A stretch of 64,000 nucleotides of DNA from Acidimicrobiales bacterium (GTDB lineage: Bacteria; Actinomycetota; Acidimicrobiia; Acidimicrobiales; GCA-2861595): positions 3,194-67,193 of the forward strand of contig DATAIT010000086.1 of the NCBI GenBank assembly GCA_036262515.1, in the 5' to 3' direction. Positions 10,178 through 18,645 of this stretch are shown here, piece by piece. Below the pieces are notes generated by a model, which searched no databases, was not told where the DNA came from, and was given only the letters and a program-made list of their open reading frames with translations. Every line of letters begins with the position of its first letter. The first letter of the stretch is position 1. Made by a program: the position numbers and the translations under genes.

Positions 10178-10634
10178 GGAGGGCGAAGTCTACGTGGCCG
10201 TGGTCGGACCGGCCGAGGCGACGGCCGACGTGGAGGCGCAGGCGGAGGCCGTGGGCGCGGGGCTGGCCGACGCCGGGGCCGTCCTGGTGTGCGGCGGCCT
10301 CGGCGGCGCCATGGCGGCGGCCTGCCGGGGGTCGAAGGCCCGGGGCGGCAGGACCGTGGGCATCCTCCCAGGCGGTGATCGCGGCGCCGCCAACCAGTGG
10401 GTCGACGTGGCCGTCGCCACCGGGCTGGGCGAGGCGCGCAACGCCTTGGTGGTGCGGGCCGCCGACGCCGTGGTCGCCCTCGGCGGCGGGTACGGCACGC
10501 TCTCGGAGATCGCCCTGGCCCTCAAGCTCGGGCGGCCGGTCGTGGGGGTCGGGACCTGGCCCATCCCGGGCGTCGAGGACGCACAGTCGCCCGACGCGGC
10601 CGCTCGCCGGGCCGTCGCCGCCGCCCAGGAGTGA
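10176..10634 (+). CDS. TIGR00725 / LOG-like Rossmann-fold protein
   Basis: VAVVGPAE..., VLVCGGLGGAMAAACRG, ALGGGYGTLSEIALAL (the PGGxGTxxE-like motif of the LOG/TIGR00725 superfamily). GTG 10170 is an in-frame alternative start. Confidence 0.75.
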   Translation: MEGEVYVAVVGPAEATADVEAQAEAVGAGLADAGAVLVCGGLGGAMAAACRGSKARGGRTVGILPGGDRGAANQWVDVAVATGLGEARNALVVRAADAVVALGGGYGTLSEIALALKLGRPVVGVGTWPIPGVEDAQSPDAAARRAVAAAQE

Positions 10635-10722
10635 GCGGTCTCCCACTCGGCAGCAGCACCCGTGTACGACCTCCGGCGGGGATATGCGAGTCTGTAGGGA
10701 TGGCACGACGGGTGCCGGCGGC

Positions 10723-11331
10723 ATGACCGCCGCTGTCACCACTTCGACGCCCGACGAGGCGGCAGGTCCGGAACAGCCGGCTGCCCCGCAGCGCGCCGCC
10801 TCGTCGCCGGTGCGGGTCATGACGGCCCGCTTCTTCCTGTTCCTCGTCCTCTACCAGACCTTCCACCAGCTCGAGCACACCATCGAGACGGTGCAGCTCA
10901 ACATCCTCCATCACCAGTCCGCCCACACCCTCATCAACGGAGTCGACTTCGAGTACGTGCACTTCGGCGCCAACGCCCTCCTGCTCTACGGGCTGTTCGC
11001 GGTGGTCATCGGCGCCGGTAGCCGCACGCGCGCGTGGCTCAAGGCCGAGCACCGCTGGGGCTGGTACGCCATGGTCACCGCCCTGGTTGTGCAGACCTAC
11101 CACGTGTTCGACCACACGGTCCGCCTCATCGAGTACCTCCAGTCGGGCGGACGGCCGCCCGAGGGGACGGTCACCATCTGGCTCAACAACGTGTGGTTCC
11201 ACTTCGGCATCAACCTCACGGTGCTCATCGGCATGTACTGCGCCTTCCTCGGCATGGACATGCACCGATCGCTGCGGTCCCGGAGGCCCGCTCGCCTCGG
11301 CGCCGTGGCCACGCGGCCGCCCGGCCGCTGA
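10723..11331 (+). CDS. Small polytopic membrane protein with two HxxxH boxes (unassigned)
   Basis: Hydrophobic segments FFLFLVLYQTF, ALLLYGLFAVVIGAG, YAMVTALVVQTY and FGINLTVLIGMYCAFLG. His boxes HQLEH, HH and HVFDH. Start is uncertain (ATG 10684, 10723 or 10819). Confidence 0.6.
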   Translation: MTAAVTTSTPDEAAGPEQPAAPQRAASSPVRVMTARFFLFLVLYQTFHQLEHTIETVQLNILHHQSAHTLINGVDFEYVHFGANALLLYGLFAVVIGAGSRTRAWLKAEHRWGWYAMVTALVVQTYHVFDHTVRLIEYLQSGGRPPEGTVTIWLNNVWFHFGINLTVLIGMYCAFLGMDMHRSLRSRRPARLGAVATRPPGR

Positions 11332-11399
11332 CGGGCACGCCGGGCCCTCACCGGGCCGAGGTTTGAGCTCCGGCTGAGCGCCGGTACACCGAAGGAACG

Positions 11400-12152
11400 A
11401 TGTCCGTCACGCTGCCCGGCCGGGTCCTGCGCCGGCTCGACCCGGAGGGTCGGTACGGCCTGCGGCTCACGCTCCTGGCCGTCGCCCTCCTCCTCGTGGC
11501 CGTGCCCTTCGGGTTGTTGCTCGACCAGGTGGTGCGGGACGGACCGCTGGTGCGGGTGGACACCTCGGCCGCCAACGAGCTGCACGGCTGGGTCCGCCAC
11601 TCCAACGTGGCCGTGCGCGTCCTGCAGACCGTGAGCTTCGTCGGCAGTCCGCCGTGGCTCACGGTGATGATCGTGGGAGCCGTGGCCTACGTCCTGCGAC
11701 GGCGCCGCCTGCGACTGGGTTTGTTCCTCGTGGTCACCACCGTCACCGGCGGACTGATCGACACCGCCGTCAAGGTCATCGTCGACCGCGACCGCCCGTC
11801 GCTGGTCGCGCCGGTGGCCACGGCCCACGGGCAGAGCTTCCCGTCCGGGCACGCCATGTCGTCGACCATCGCCTACGGGGCGCTCCTGCTCGTCCTCCTG
11901 CCTGCGCTGCCGGCGCGGGCCCGTAGGCCGGTCGTCGGCGGCGGCGCCGTCCTCGTGCTCGCCATCGGCTTCTCCCGGCTCGCCCTCGGGGTCCACTACA
12001 TCTCCGACGTCCTGGGTGGCTACGCCCTGGGCCTGGCCTGGTTGGCGGCCTCGACGGCCGCGTTCAGCGTGTGGCGGGTCGAGCGGGGACGGCCGCCGGT
12101 CGAGCCGCTGGAGGGACTCGAGCCGGAGGCGGCCGCCGACCTCGGTCCCTGA
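11400..12152 (+). CDS. PAP2-superfamily membrane phosphatase (undecaprenyl-diphosphate / lipid phosphatase-like)
   Basis: The three PAP2 motifs KVIVDRDRPS, SFPSGHAMSS and SRLALGVHYISDVLGG. Multiple TM helices. GAAGGAA lies just upstream of the ATG. Confidence 0.88.
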   Translation: MSVTLPGRVLRRLDPEGRYGLRLTLLAVALLLVAVPFGLLLDQVVRDGPLVRVDTSAANELHGWVRHSNVAVRVLQTVSFVGSPPWLTVMIVGAVAYVLRRRRLRLGLFLVVTTVTGGLIDTAVKVIVDRDRPSLVAPVATAHGQSFPSGHAMSSTIAYGALLLVLLPALPARARRPVVGGGAVLVLAIGFSRLALGVHYISDVLGGYALGLAWLAASTAAFSVWRVERGRPPVEPLEGLEPEAAADLGP

Positions 12153-12180
12153 CCCGGTTCCGGCGATGGTACAAAGAAGG

Positions 12181-12213
12181 TGAGGCGCCGGCAGAAGGAC
12201 CGGTAACGCCTCA
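12181..12213 (+). promoter_or_regulatory. Imperfect GC-rich stem-loop between the PAP2 gene and the PAS-regulator gene (role unknown)
   Basis: TGAGGCGCCGG-cagaagga-CCGG-taa-CGCCTCA: 11 bp of pairing with a 3-nt bulge. No U-tract follows. Lies 29 nt after the PAP2 stop and 64 nt before ATG 12277. Confidence 0.3.
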
Positions 12214-12276
12214 TTCGAGGGGCAGCCGGCCGGCTCCCCCGCCAAGGCGATCTGCTGGGGGTCGAGGAGGCAGCAG

Positions 12277-15200
12277 ATGGGTCCCTGGTCGGGACGAGGG
12301 TCCGGGGCAGGTGGCGACGCTCGCCCCCGCGCGTTCGCCGGCGACCTGGCCGACGTGGCGCCCATCCTCCTGTGGCTGTCGGACGGCGAGGGCCACGCCA
12401 CGGTGCTCAACGAGCAGTGGCTGGAGTTCACGGGGATGCAGCACGCGCAGGCCGCCGGCCTCGGGTGGCTCGACGCCGTGCATCCCGACGACCGGGAGCG
12501 CCGCCTGGGAGCCGAACGGGTCGCGGCCGCCGCCGGCGCGCCGTTCGACGGCGAGCTCCGGTTGCGGCGCCACGACGGAGCGTGGCGCTGGATGCTCGAA
12601 CGGGGTGTTCCCGTGCCGTCGCCGGAGCCGGGCGGGGTCATGTACGCGGGAGCGTGCCTCGACATCACCGAGCGGCGGGTGGAGGAGCAGGAGCTGCTGC
12701 GCAGCCGGGAGGACCTCCGCCTGGCTCTGGCCGCCGGGCACATGGGGACGTGGGTGTGGGACCGCCGCACGGGGCGGGTGACCCGCGACGAGAACCTTCA
12801 GGCCCTCTACGGCCTCCCGGGTGAGCGGAGCGACGGGGGCTTCGACGAGTGGGTGCAGCTCGTGCACCCGGAGGATCGCGAGCGCGTGGTCCGCGAGGTC
12901 GAGCGGGCGCTGGCCGAGGACGGCACGTACGAGCTCGAGCACCGGGTCGTCCGCCCCGACGGCCAGCTGCGGTGGCTCGCCCGGCGCGGCGCGGTGTACC
13001 ACGACGACAACGGCGAGATCGCCGGGACGCGGGGCCTGGTCGTCGACATCACGGAGCGCAAGCGGGCCGAGGAGGAGCGCAACCGCCTGCTGGCGGCCGA
13101 GCAGGAGGCCCGGCGGGAGGCGGAACGGGCCGCCAGCCGCGTGGCGAGGCTCCAGGCCGTGACGGCCGGGCTCTCGGACGCACGGACCACCCCTGACGTG
13201 GCCGACGTGATCGTCCTCCAGGGCGCCGAGGCGCTGGAGGCGACCAGCGGGGCCCTGTGCCTCCTGGCCGAGGGCGGCGACCGGCTGCGCGTGGTGCGCC
13301 AGGTCGGGTACCACGTCACCTCCATCCAGCGCTACCAGACCTTCTCCCTCGAGGACCCGCTCCCGGCCAGCGAAGCGCTCCGGGCCAGGAAGACCGTGGT
13401 CCTCCGCTCGGTCGAGGAGCGCGACGAGCGGTACCCGGCGCTCCGGGGCGTGCCCACGCGCAACGTCTCGTTCGCCGTCGTCCCGTTGCTGACCGGCGAC
13501 CGCCGGCTCGGCGCCCTCGCCCTCGGCTGGCCGGCCGAGCGCAGCTTCGACGACCGGGATCTCGCCTTTCTGACCGTCCTGGCCCAGCAGGCGGCCCAGG
13601 CCCTCGACCGGGCGCAGTTCTACGAGGCCGAGCGCGACCGCGCCCAACGGCAGGCGTTCCTGGCCGAGGCCAGCCGGCTGCTCGGGTCCTCCCTCGACTA
13701 CGAGCAGGCGTTGGCCGAGGTGGCCGACCTCGCCGTGCCGGCGATGGGCGACGTCTGCTCGGTGCATCTCCTCGAGGATGGCGCGCTGCGCACCGTGGCC
13801 GCCGCCGAGGTCGGCGACGGTGACGAGCGCCGCCACCTCGAGCGGCACGCGTGGTGCTTCGGGGCCGCCGAGCTGCTGGACGTGGCGACAGGCGGTGCAT
13901 CACGGGTGGTGGAGCCGGAAGGCGAAGACGGCGAGCCCGGGCTGCGCCCAGACGCCGCCGGCGCCGCCGGTGAGGTCGGCGAGCAGCTCCCGTGCCCGTC
14001 GGCGGCCGCCGTGCCCCTGCGCGGCCACGACGAGGCGCTCGGTGTGCTCGTCGTCGGGATGTGCTCGAAGGACCGCCGTCTGCGGCCCGCCGACGTGTCG
14101 ACGCTCGAGGACCTCGCCGCTCGGGCCGCCACCGCCATCAGCAACAGCCGCTCCCACCGTGCCCGCACCGCCATCGCCCATACCCTCCAGCACAGCCTCC
14201 TCCCGCCCGACGTCCCGATTCTGCCCGGTCTCGAGGTGGCGGCCCGCTACCGCCCGCTGGGCGACGAGGTCGAGGTCGGCGGGGACTTCTACGACGTCTT
14301 CGCAGCCGGCGGCGGCCGCTGGGGCGTGGTCATCGGCGACGTCAGCGGCAAGGGGATCCCGGCCGCCTCGCTCACCGCCCTCGCCCGCTACACCGTCCGC
14401 ACGGCGGCGGCCAGCGAGAGCGGGCCGTCGAAGATCCTCGACGTGCTGAACAACTCCATCCTCGACGACGGCGCCGGCGAGCGGTTCTGCACCGTCGCCC
14501 TCGCGCTCATCGACCACGACTCGTCGGGCACGCGCTTCTCCCTGGCGTGCGGTGGCCAGCCGCTGCCGATGCTCGTGGACAGCCACGGCGACGTCCGCCC
14601 GGTGGGCCAGCCGGGCACCGCCATCGGCCTGTTCGCCGATCCCAGGCTCACCGACGTGTCGACCACGCTCGGGCCGGAGGAGGTCCTCGTGCTGTACACC
14701 GACGGCGTGGTGGAGGCGCGGGCGCCCTCAGGGGCCTTTGCCGACGGCCTCCTCGAGGCCACGCTGCGCTCGTGCGCCGGCCGGTCGGCGGAGGCCATTG
14801 CCGACGGCATCGAGAACGCCCTCCTCGACTTCGTCGGTGGCCGGCCCCGCGACGACACGGCCATCCTCGTGATCCGCCGCCCGCCCGGCATGTTCCACGA
14901 GCACTTCGCGCCGGGGCCGAGGACCGTCCCCCGGGCCCGCCAGCGCCTGCGGGAGTGGCTCGGGACCCAGCTGCCGGCGGCCCCCGAGCTGGCCGGCGAC
15001 ATCCTGATGATGGCCAACGAGCTCACCACCAACGCCGAGCGCGCCGCCCGTGCGGCCGTCGACGTCCATGTCCGCGTCGAGCCCGGGCAGGTGACGGTCG
15101 ACGTCTCCGACGACGGTCCCGGCTTCGGCGGTCGTCTCCCGCCTCTGCCCTCGCCGTCGGACGACGCCATGGGAGGGCGGGGGATGCACATCGTCAGCCG

Positions 15201-15297
15201 CCTGGCCGACCAGTCGATCGTGCGCTCCGGGTCACGCGGCACCCTGATCCGCTGCATCCGGTATCGCTCCCACGGGCCGCGCCGACCACGCGGGTGA
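12277..15297 (+). CDS. Multidomain regulator: PAS-PAS-GAF-GAF-PP2C(SpoIIE)-HATPase_c (RsbU-like phosphatase fused to an RsbW-like kinase module)
   Basis: Two PAS blocks ending in DITERR/DITERKRAEE. PP2C motifs VGGDFYDV, GDVSGKG and LYTDGVVEAR. C-terminal ANELTTNAERAA...DDGPGF...GGRGMHIV. GAGGAGG lies 6 nt upstream of the ATG. Confidence 0.88.
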   Translation: MGPWSGRGSGAGGDARPRAFAGDLADVAPILLWLSDGEGHATVLNEQWLEFTGMQHAQAAGLGWLDAVHPDDRERRLGAERVAAAAGAPFDGELRLRRHDGAWRWMLERGVPVPSPEPGGVMYAGACLDITERRVEEQELLRSREDLRLALAAGHMGTWVWDRRTGRVTRDENLQALYGLPGERSDGGFDEWVQLVHPEDRERVVREVERALAEDGTYELEHRVVRPDGQLRWLARRGAVYHDDNGEIAGTRGLVVDITERKRAEEERNRLLAAEQEARREAERAASRVARLQAVTAGLSDARTTPDVADVIVLQGAEALEATSGALCLLAEGGDRLRVVRQVGYHVTSIQRYQTFSLEDPLPASEALRARKTVVLRSVEERDERYPALRGVPTRNVSFAVVPLLTGDRRLGALALGWPAERSFDDRDLAFLTVLAQQAAQALDRAQFYEAERDRAQRQAFLAEASRLLGSSLDYEQALAEVADLAVPAMGDVCSVHLLEDGALRTVAAAEVGDGDERRHLERHAWCFGAAELLDVATGGASRVVEPEGEDGEPGLRPDAAGAAGEVGEQLPCPSAAAVPLRGHDEALGVLVVGMCSKDRRLRPADVSTLEDLAARAATAISNSRSHRARTAIAHTLQHSLLPPDVPILPGLEVAARYRPLGDEVEVGGDFYDVFAAGGGRWGVVIGDVSGKGIPAASLTALARYTVRTAAASESGPSKILDVLNNSILDDGAGERFCTVALALIDHDSSGTRFSLACGGQPLPMLVDSHGDVRPVGQPGTAIGLFADPRLTDVSTTLGPEEVLVLYTDGVVEARAPSGAFADGLLEATLRSCAGRSAEAIADGIENALLDFVGGRPRDDTAILVIRRPPGMFHEHFAPGPRTVPRARQRLREWLGTQLPAAPELAGDILMMANELTTNAERAARAAVDVHVRVEPGQVTVDVSDDGPGFGGRLPPLPSPSDDAMGGRGMHIVSRLADQSIVRSGSRGTLIRCIRYRSHGPRRPRG

Positions 15298-15334
15298 GTC
15301 CGGCCGGCTCCGCTCGGACGGGCTCGGCGCCTGG

Positions 15335-16531
15335 TCAGCCGAGCTGGTCGACGGGGGTGCCGGCGAGGGTGCGGAGGTGCCGGCCCTCCGGAACCACGAC
15401 GGCGAAGGCGCCGTCGTGCACGGCCACGTCGACGGGGGGCCCGCCGTCGAACGCCGCCTCGATGGACGGCCACTCCACCACCGCCGTCCCCGTCATCACG
15501 TCGCCCTGGAACGACGGGTGGACGGCCTGGGCGAGGAGCACCGGGTTGAGGCCGGGCGCGGCCGGCACCATGCAGTCGTAGAAGGGCGGGGGCGCCGCCG
15601 GTGCCAGGTCGGCGGGCGTGACGGCCACGCACCGCCCCGTGCGGCGCTCGGGGCGGTCGTAGGAGCGGTTGTCCGGGGCGACCAGCAGGTGGTACCGGCG
15701 GCCGGCGGCGTCGGCCTCGTCGACGACGCGCCAGGCGGCGACGGGCACGACCTCGCCGCTGGGGTCGAGGTCGGCCACCGGCGGGACGGCGACGTCGGCC
15801 GGTACGGCGAAGGGGCCGACGTCCAGCGTGAGGTCGATCCGGGGTGGACCGGGCCCGACGGCGGCGGCCAGGTGCAGCCGGCGGATCCGGCCGCCGGCGT
15901 CGAGCCACACCTCGGGGGTCCGGTACCCCTCCCGGGTGAGGGCGTCGGGCAGCCCCAGGCGCGCCCCGCGCCCCACGGGCGCGCCGGCCCGGCCGAGGTC
16001 CTCGACCGAGGTGGCGAGGGCGAGCACGTCGAAGGCGTCGTCGAGCGTCGCCGGCCCCTCGAGCGCCAGCCCGAAGTACCGGTCGTCCTCGACGTCGGCG
16101 GTCGTGGGCACCCGGGTCTGGCTCCAGCGGTGCCGAGCCGCCGGTTCGTCGCCCTGACCGGCAAGCTCGCGCCGCGACAGCCGGCGGAACACCGCGCCGT
16201 TGGCGACGACCACCTCTCCCGACACCGCGTCGCCCGTGAAGCGCCCCTGGCGGCGAGCGAAGTCCCATACGCCGTCCGTCTCGCGGCCCGAGGACGTGGC
16301 CCGGAGGTGGGCGGTGCCCGCCCCCCTGGTCCGAGCAGCGGCAACCCGCACGTCGGCCAGGGTGATCGCGGGTCGCTGGGCGTCTGCGTCGCCGTCAGCC
16401 CCACAGCCGGCGAGGAGGCCCACGAGGAGCACGCAGGCCACGGACGCGGCGCGGGTGCCGCGCCGGCCCCGGCGAGTCGTGGCGGTCCGGCCATCCTCGT
16501 CCTCCATGCCGGCACCGTCCTCGTGATCCAC
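15335..16531 (-). CDS. Predicted lipoprotein, function unknown
   Basis: N-terminal basic region, then VACVLLVGLLAGCGADGD (lipobox LAGC). 398-codon ORF with protein-like composition. Confidence 0.6.
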   Translation of the reverse strand: MDHEDGAGMEDEDGRTATTRRGRRGTRAASVACVLLVGLLAGCGADGDADAQRPAITLADVRVAAARTRGAGTAHLRATSSGRETDGVWDFARRQGRFTGDAVSGEVVVANGAVFRRLSRRELAGQGDEPAARHRWSQTRVPTTADVEDDRYFGLALEGPATLDDAFDVLALATSVEDLGRAGAPVGRGARLGLPDALTREGYRTPEVWLDAGGRIRRLHLAAAVGPGPPRIDLTLDVGPFAVPADVAVPPVADLDPSGEVVPVAAWRVVDEADAAGRRYHLLVAPDNRSYDRPERRTGRCVAVTPADLAPAAPPPFYDCMVPAAPGLNPVLLAQAVHPSFQGDVMTGTAVVEWPSIEAAFDGGPPVDVAVHDGAFAVVVPEGRHLRTLAGTPVDQLG

Positions 16532-16584
16532 GCCTGCGGGGACTGCAGGTCCTCAGGACCCACCAAGGGTACGGCCGAAGGAGG

Positions 16585-16671
16585 TGCCCGGGGCGGGATT
16601 CGAACCCGCACGGCCCTTCCGGGCCGGGAGGGTTTAAGCCCCCCGCGTCTCGCCAGTTCCGCCACCCGGGC
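16585..16671 (-). tRNA. tRNA-Leu (anticodon TAA)
   Basis: The reverse complement reads GCCCGGGTGGCGGAACTGGCGAGACGCGGGGGGCTTAAACCC...GGTTCGAATCCCGCCCCGGGCA. It has a 7-bp acceptor stem, a CU-UAA-AC anticodon loop, a long variable arm and a GGTTCGAATCC T-loop. CCA is not encoded. Confidence 0.9.
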
Positions 16672-16758
16672 GTCTCCGAGCCACCGTAGCGGGGTGCCCG
16701 GAGCCGGGCCCCCCGGCGCGACCGGTCGCCGGGTCCATGCCTCGGCATTCAACGCAAG

Positions 16759-17253
16759 TCAGCCGAGCTCGAGGGTGAACGCCATGATCTGCAGCTCCGG
16801 CGAGATCACCACGTCGCGCTCGGGGACCCGCCGGAAGCCGGCCCGCTCGTAGATGCGATGCGCCACCGTCATCGAGGCGGTGGAGTGGAGGACGGCTCTC
16901 GTGGCGCCGGCGGCCCGGGCCCGTTCGAGGCACGCGGCCAGCAGGGCGGTCCCGATGCCCCGGGTCCGAGCCTCGGGCGCCACGGCCAGCATGCGCACGC
17001 CGATCTCGCCCGCCACCAGGCCCTCCGACCACGGCGACGACGGATCGTCGACGAACGTCACGCACCCGAGCACCCGCCCGTGCTCGACGGCGACCAGGAC
17101 CGTGGCCCCTACGGTGCGGGCGGCCACGTCGCGCAGGTCGGCCGAGTAGCCCTCGGTGAGGACCAGGCCGCCGAGCGTGCGGTACGAGGCCACCGTGACC
17201 TCGCCCGCTTCATCCACCTCGGAGGGGGCGACGGGACGGATCTCGACGCTCAC
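16759..17253 (-). CDS. GNAT-family N-acetyltransferase
   Basis: Acetyl-CoA-binding motif A, MLAVAPEARTRGIGTALLAACLERA, and ...AHRIYERAGFRRV. GTG start forms a GTGA overlap with the upstream ORF stop. The 387-codon track extension was rejected. Confidence 0.85.
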   Translation of the reverse strand: MSVEIRPVAPSEVDEAGEVTVASYRTLGGLVLTEGYSADLRDVAARTVGATVLVAVEHGRVLGCVTFVDDPSSPWSEGLVAGEIGVRMLAVAPEARTRGIGTALLAACLERARAAGATRAVLHSTASMTVAHRIYERAGFRRVPERDVVISPELQIMAFTLELG

Positions 17254-17648
17254 GCCGGTGCCGCCACCCCCGCAGACGCGGGATGGGAGCCGTCGCCCGC
17301 CTGGTCGACGCCGCCGGCCACCCCGGCCCACAGCCGTCGGCGGCAGGCGGCGGCCGCCTGGCCGGCCAGGCCGTTGACCAGCACGACACCGTCGACCATG
17401 TCGGAGAGGACGGCGGCCGTGGCGCGGCCTCGCCACGCAACCGCGACGAGGGCACCCCCCGGCTGGCGGCGGACGGTGCGCACGGCGCCGGCGACCCGGG
17501 GCGGCGACCGGAACCCGGGTACCACCAGGTCGAGCGCCTGCGCCTCGGCGACCACGCGCCGGGCGAGCTCCCAGAACCGCGGCGGCCGCTCGCTCTCCAC
17601 CGCTCCATCCTGCCAGCGCGGGTGTGACAGCCTCCCCGGCTCCGTCAC
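17250..17648 (-). CDS. Hypothetical protein, translationally coupled to the downstream GNAT
   Basis: 132-codon ORF whose TGA overlaps the GNAT GTG. Start uncertain (GTG 17648 or GTG 17600). No family recognised. Confidence 0.5.
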   Translation of the reverse strand: MTEPGRLSHPRWQDGAVESERPPRFWELARRVVAEAQALDLVVPGFRSPPRVAGAVRTVRRQPGGALVAVAWRGRATAAVLSDMVDGVVLVNGLAGQAAAACRRRLWAGVAGGVDQAGDGSHPASAGVAAPA

Positions 17649-17670
17649 ACCCCTGTGTCACCCTTGGCCC

Positions 17671-18618
17671 GTGGACGGCGACGCCCCCCTCACCCCCACC
17701 CAGCGGCGGGTGCTCACCGACGTGATGGGCGTGGGCCAGCCGAGGCCCCGCTTCGACGAGGGCCTGGGCCTCCGCCTGCGCGACGAGCTGGAAGTGGCGT
17801 TGGCCGGCGTGGCCGACCGCCTGGGCGACCAGCAGCTGTCGGTGTCCAAGCAGGCCCTGTCGGAGGTGCACGCCTGCGAGCGTCACCACGTCTCGTCGGC
17901 GGGCACCTTCTCGTGGTCGGTGGCAACGGCGTGCGGCACCGTCACCCACAAAGCCATCGAGCTCGGCGCCACCATGCGCCGGCCGCCGGGTCCCGAGGAC
18001 CTGGTCGACCTCGCCCTCGACCGCCTGGCCGCCGACCTCGAGTGGGGCCCCGGTGCCTGGCTGTCCGAGGCCGGCCCCGTGGAGCTGGCCGAGCTGCGGG
18101 GGGCCGCCCTCGACCGCATGCTGAAGTTCTCCGACGAGTTCCCCCCGCTGAAGCTGTCCTGGCGGCCGCGGCTCGAATCCAGCCTCTCCACCGGGCTGTG
18201 CGGCGACCGCATCTGGCTGCGGGGAAAGGTCGACCTGGCGCTCGGCCGCCCGCACGGTTCGACGGCCGGCGTGCTCATCGTCGACTTCAAGTCCGGTCGC
18301 CCCGGCCGCTCGGCGCCGGACGACCTCCGCTTCTACGCCCTGCTGGAGACGCTGCGCACCGGTGTGCCGCCGTTCCGCGTGGCCACGTGGTACCTCGACT
18401 CCGGCCAGTGCCACGCCCAGGACGTGGGCGAGGACGTGCTGGCCAGCGCGGCCCGGCGGGTGGTCGACGGGGCCCGCCTGCTGTACGAGCTGCGCATCGA
18501 GGGCCGCGAGCCGGCGGTCACCCCGGGGCCGGCGTGCGGCTACTGCACCCGGCGGGGCGACTGCGCGGGTGCCGTCGTGTGGCAGGCCGAGCGGGCCGTG
18601 CTCGGGCTCGACGGGTGA
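17671..18618 (+). CDS. PD-(D/E)XK nuclease with Cas4/AddB-type Fe-S cysteines
   Basis: GKVDLALG...GVLIVDFKSGRP (D...DxK). One N-terminal Cys (EVHACERHH) plus C-terminal CGYCTRRGDC (C-x2-C-x5-C). Start approximate (GTG 17671). Confidence 0.72.
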   Translation: MDGDAPLTPTQRRVLTDVMGVGQPRPRFDEGLGLRLRDELEVALAGVADRLGDQQLSVSKQALSEVHACERHHVSSAGTFSWSVATACGTVTHKAIELGATMRRPPGPEDLVDLALDRLAADLEWGPGAWLSEAGPVELAELRGAALDRMLKFSDEFPPLKLSWRPRLESSLSTGLCGDRIWLRGKVDLALGRPHGSTAGVLIVDFKSGRPGRSAPDDLRFYALLETLRTGVPPFRVATWYLDSGQCHAQDVGEDVLASAARRVVDGARLLYELRIEGREPAVTPGPACGYCTRRGDCAGAVVWQAERAVLGLDG

Positions 18619-18645
18619 CCGCCGGTTTCCCTCCCCGCCCAGGGG

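Noticed and set aside
16585-16671. tRNA-Leu as a possible integration site for a genomic island containing the glycan locus.
   Set aside because: No integrase or recombinase, and no partial direct repeat of the tRNA 3' end, was seen by eye in the window. The glycan locus lies on the 5' side of the tRNA, not the usual 3' side. A full repeat search was not possible without tools.
16759-17648. GNAT toxin-antitoxin pair (a small upstream ORF overlapping a ~165-aa GNAT by GTGA).
   Set aside because: The upstream 132-aa protein shows no RHH/DUF1778-like antitoxin features, and it is longer than typical antitoxins. The GNAT looks like a generic acetyltransferase. Gene arrangement alone is insufficient evidence.
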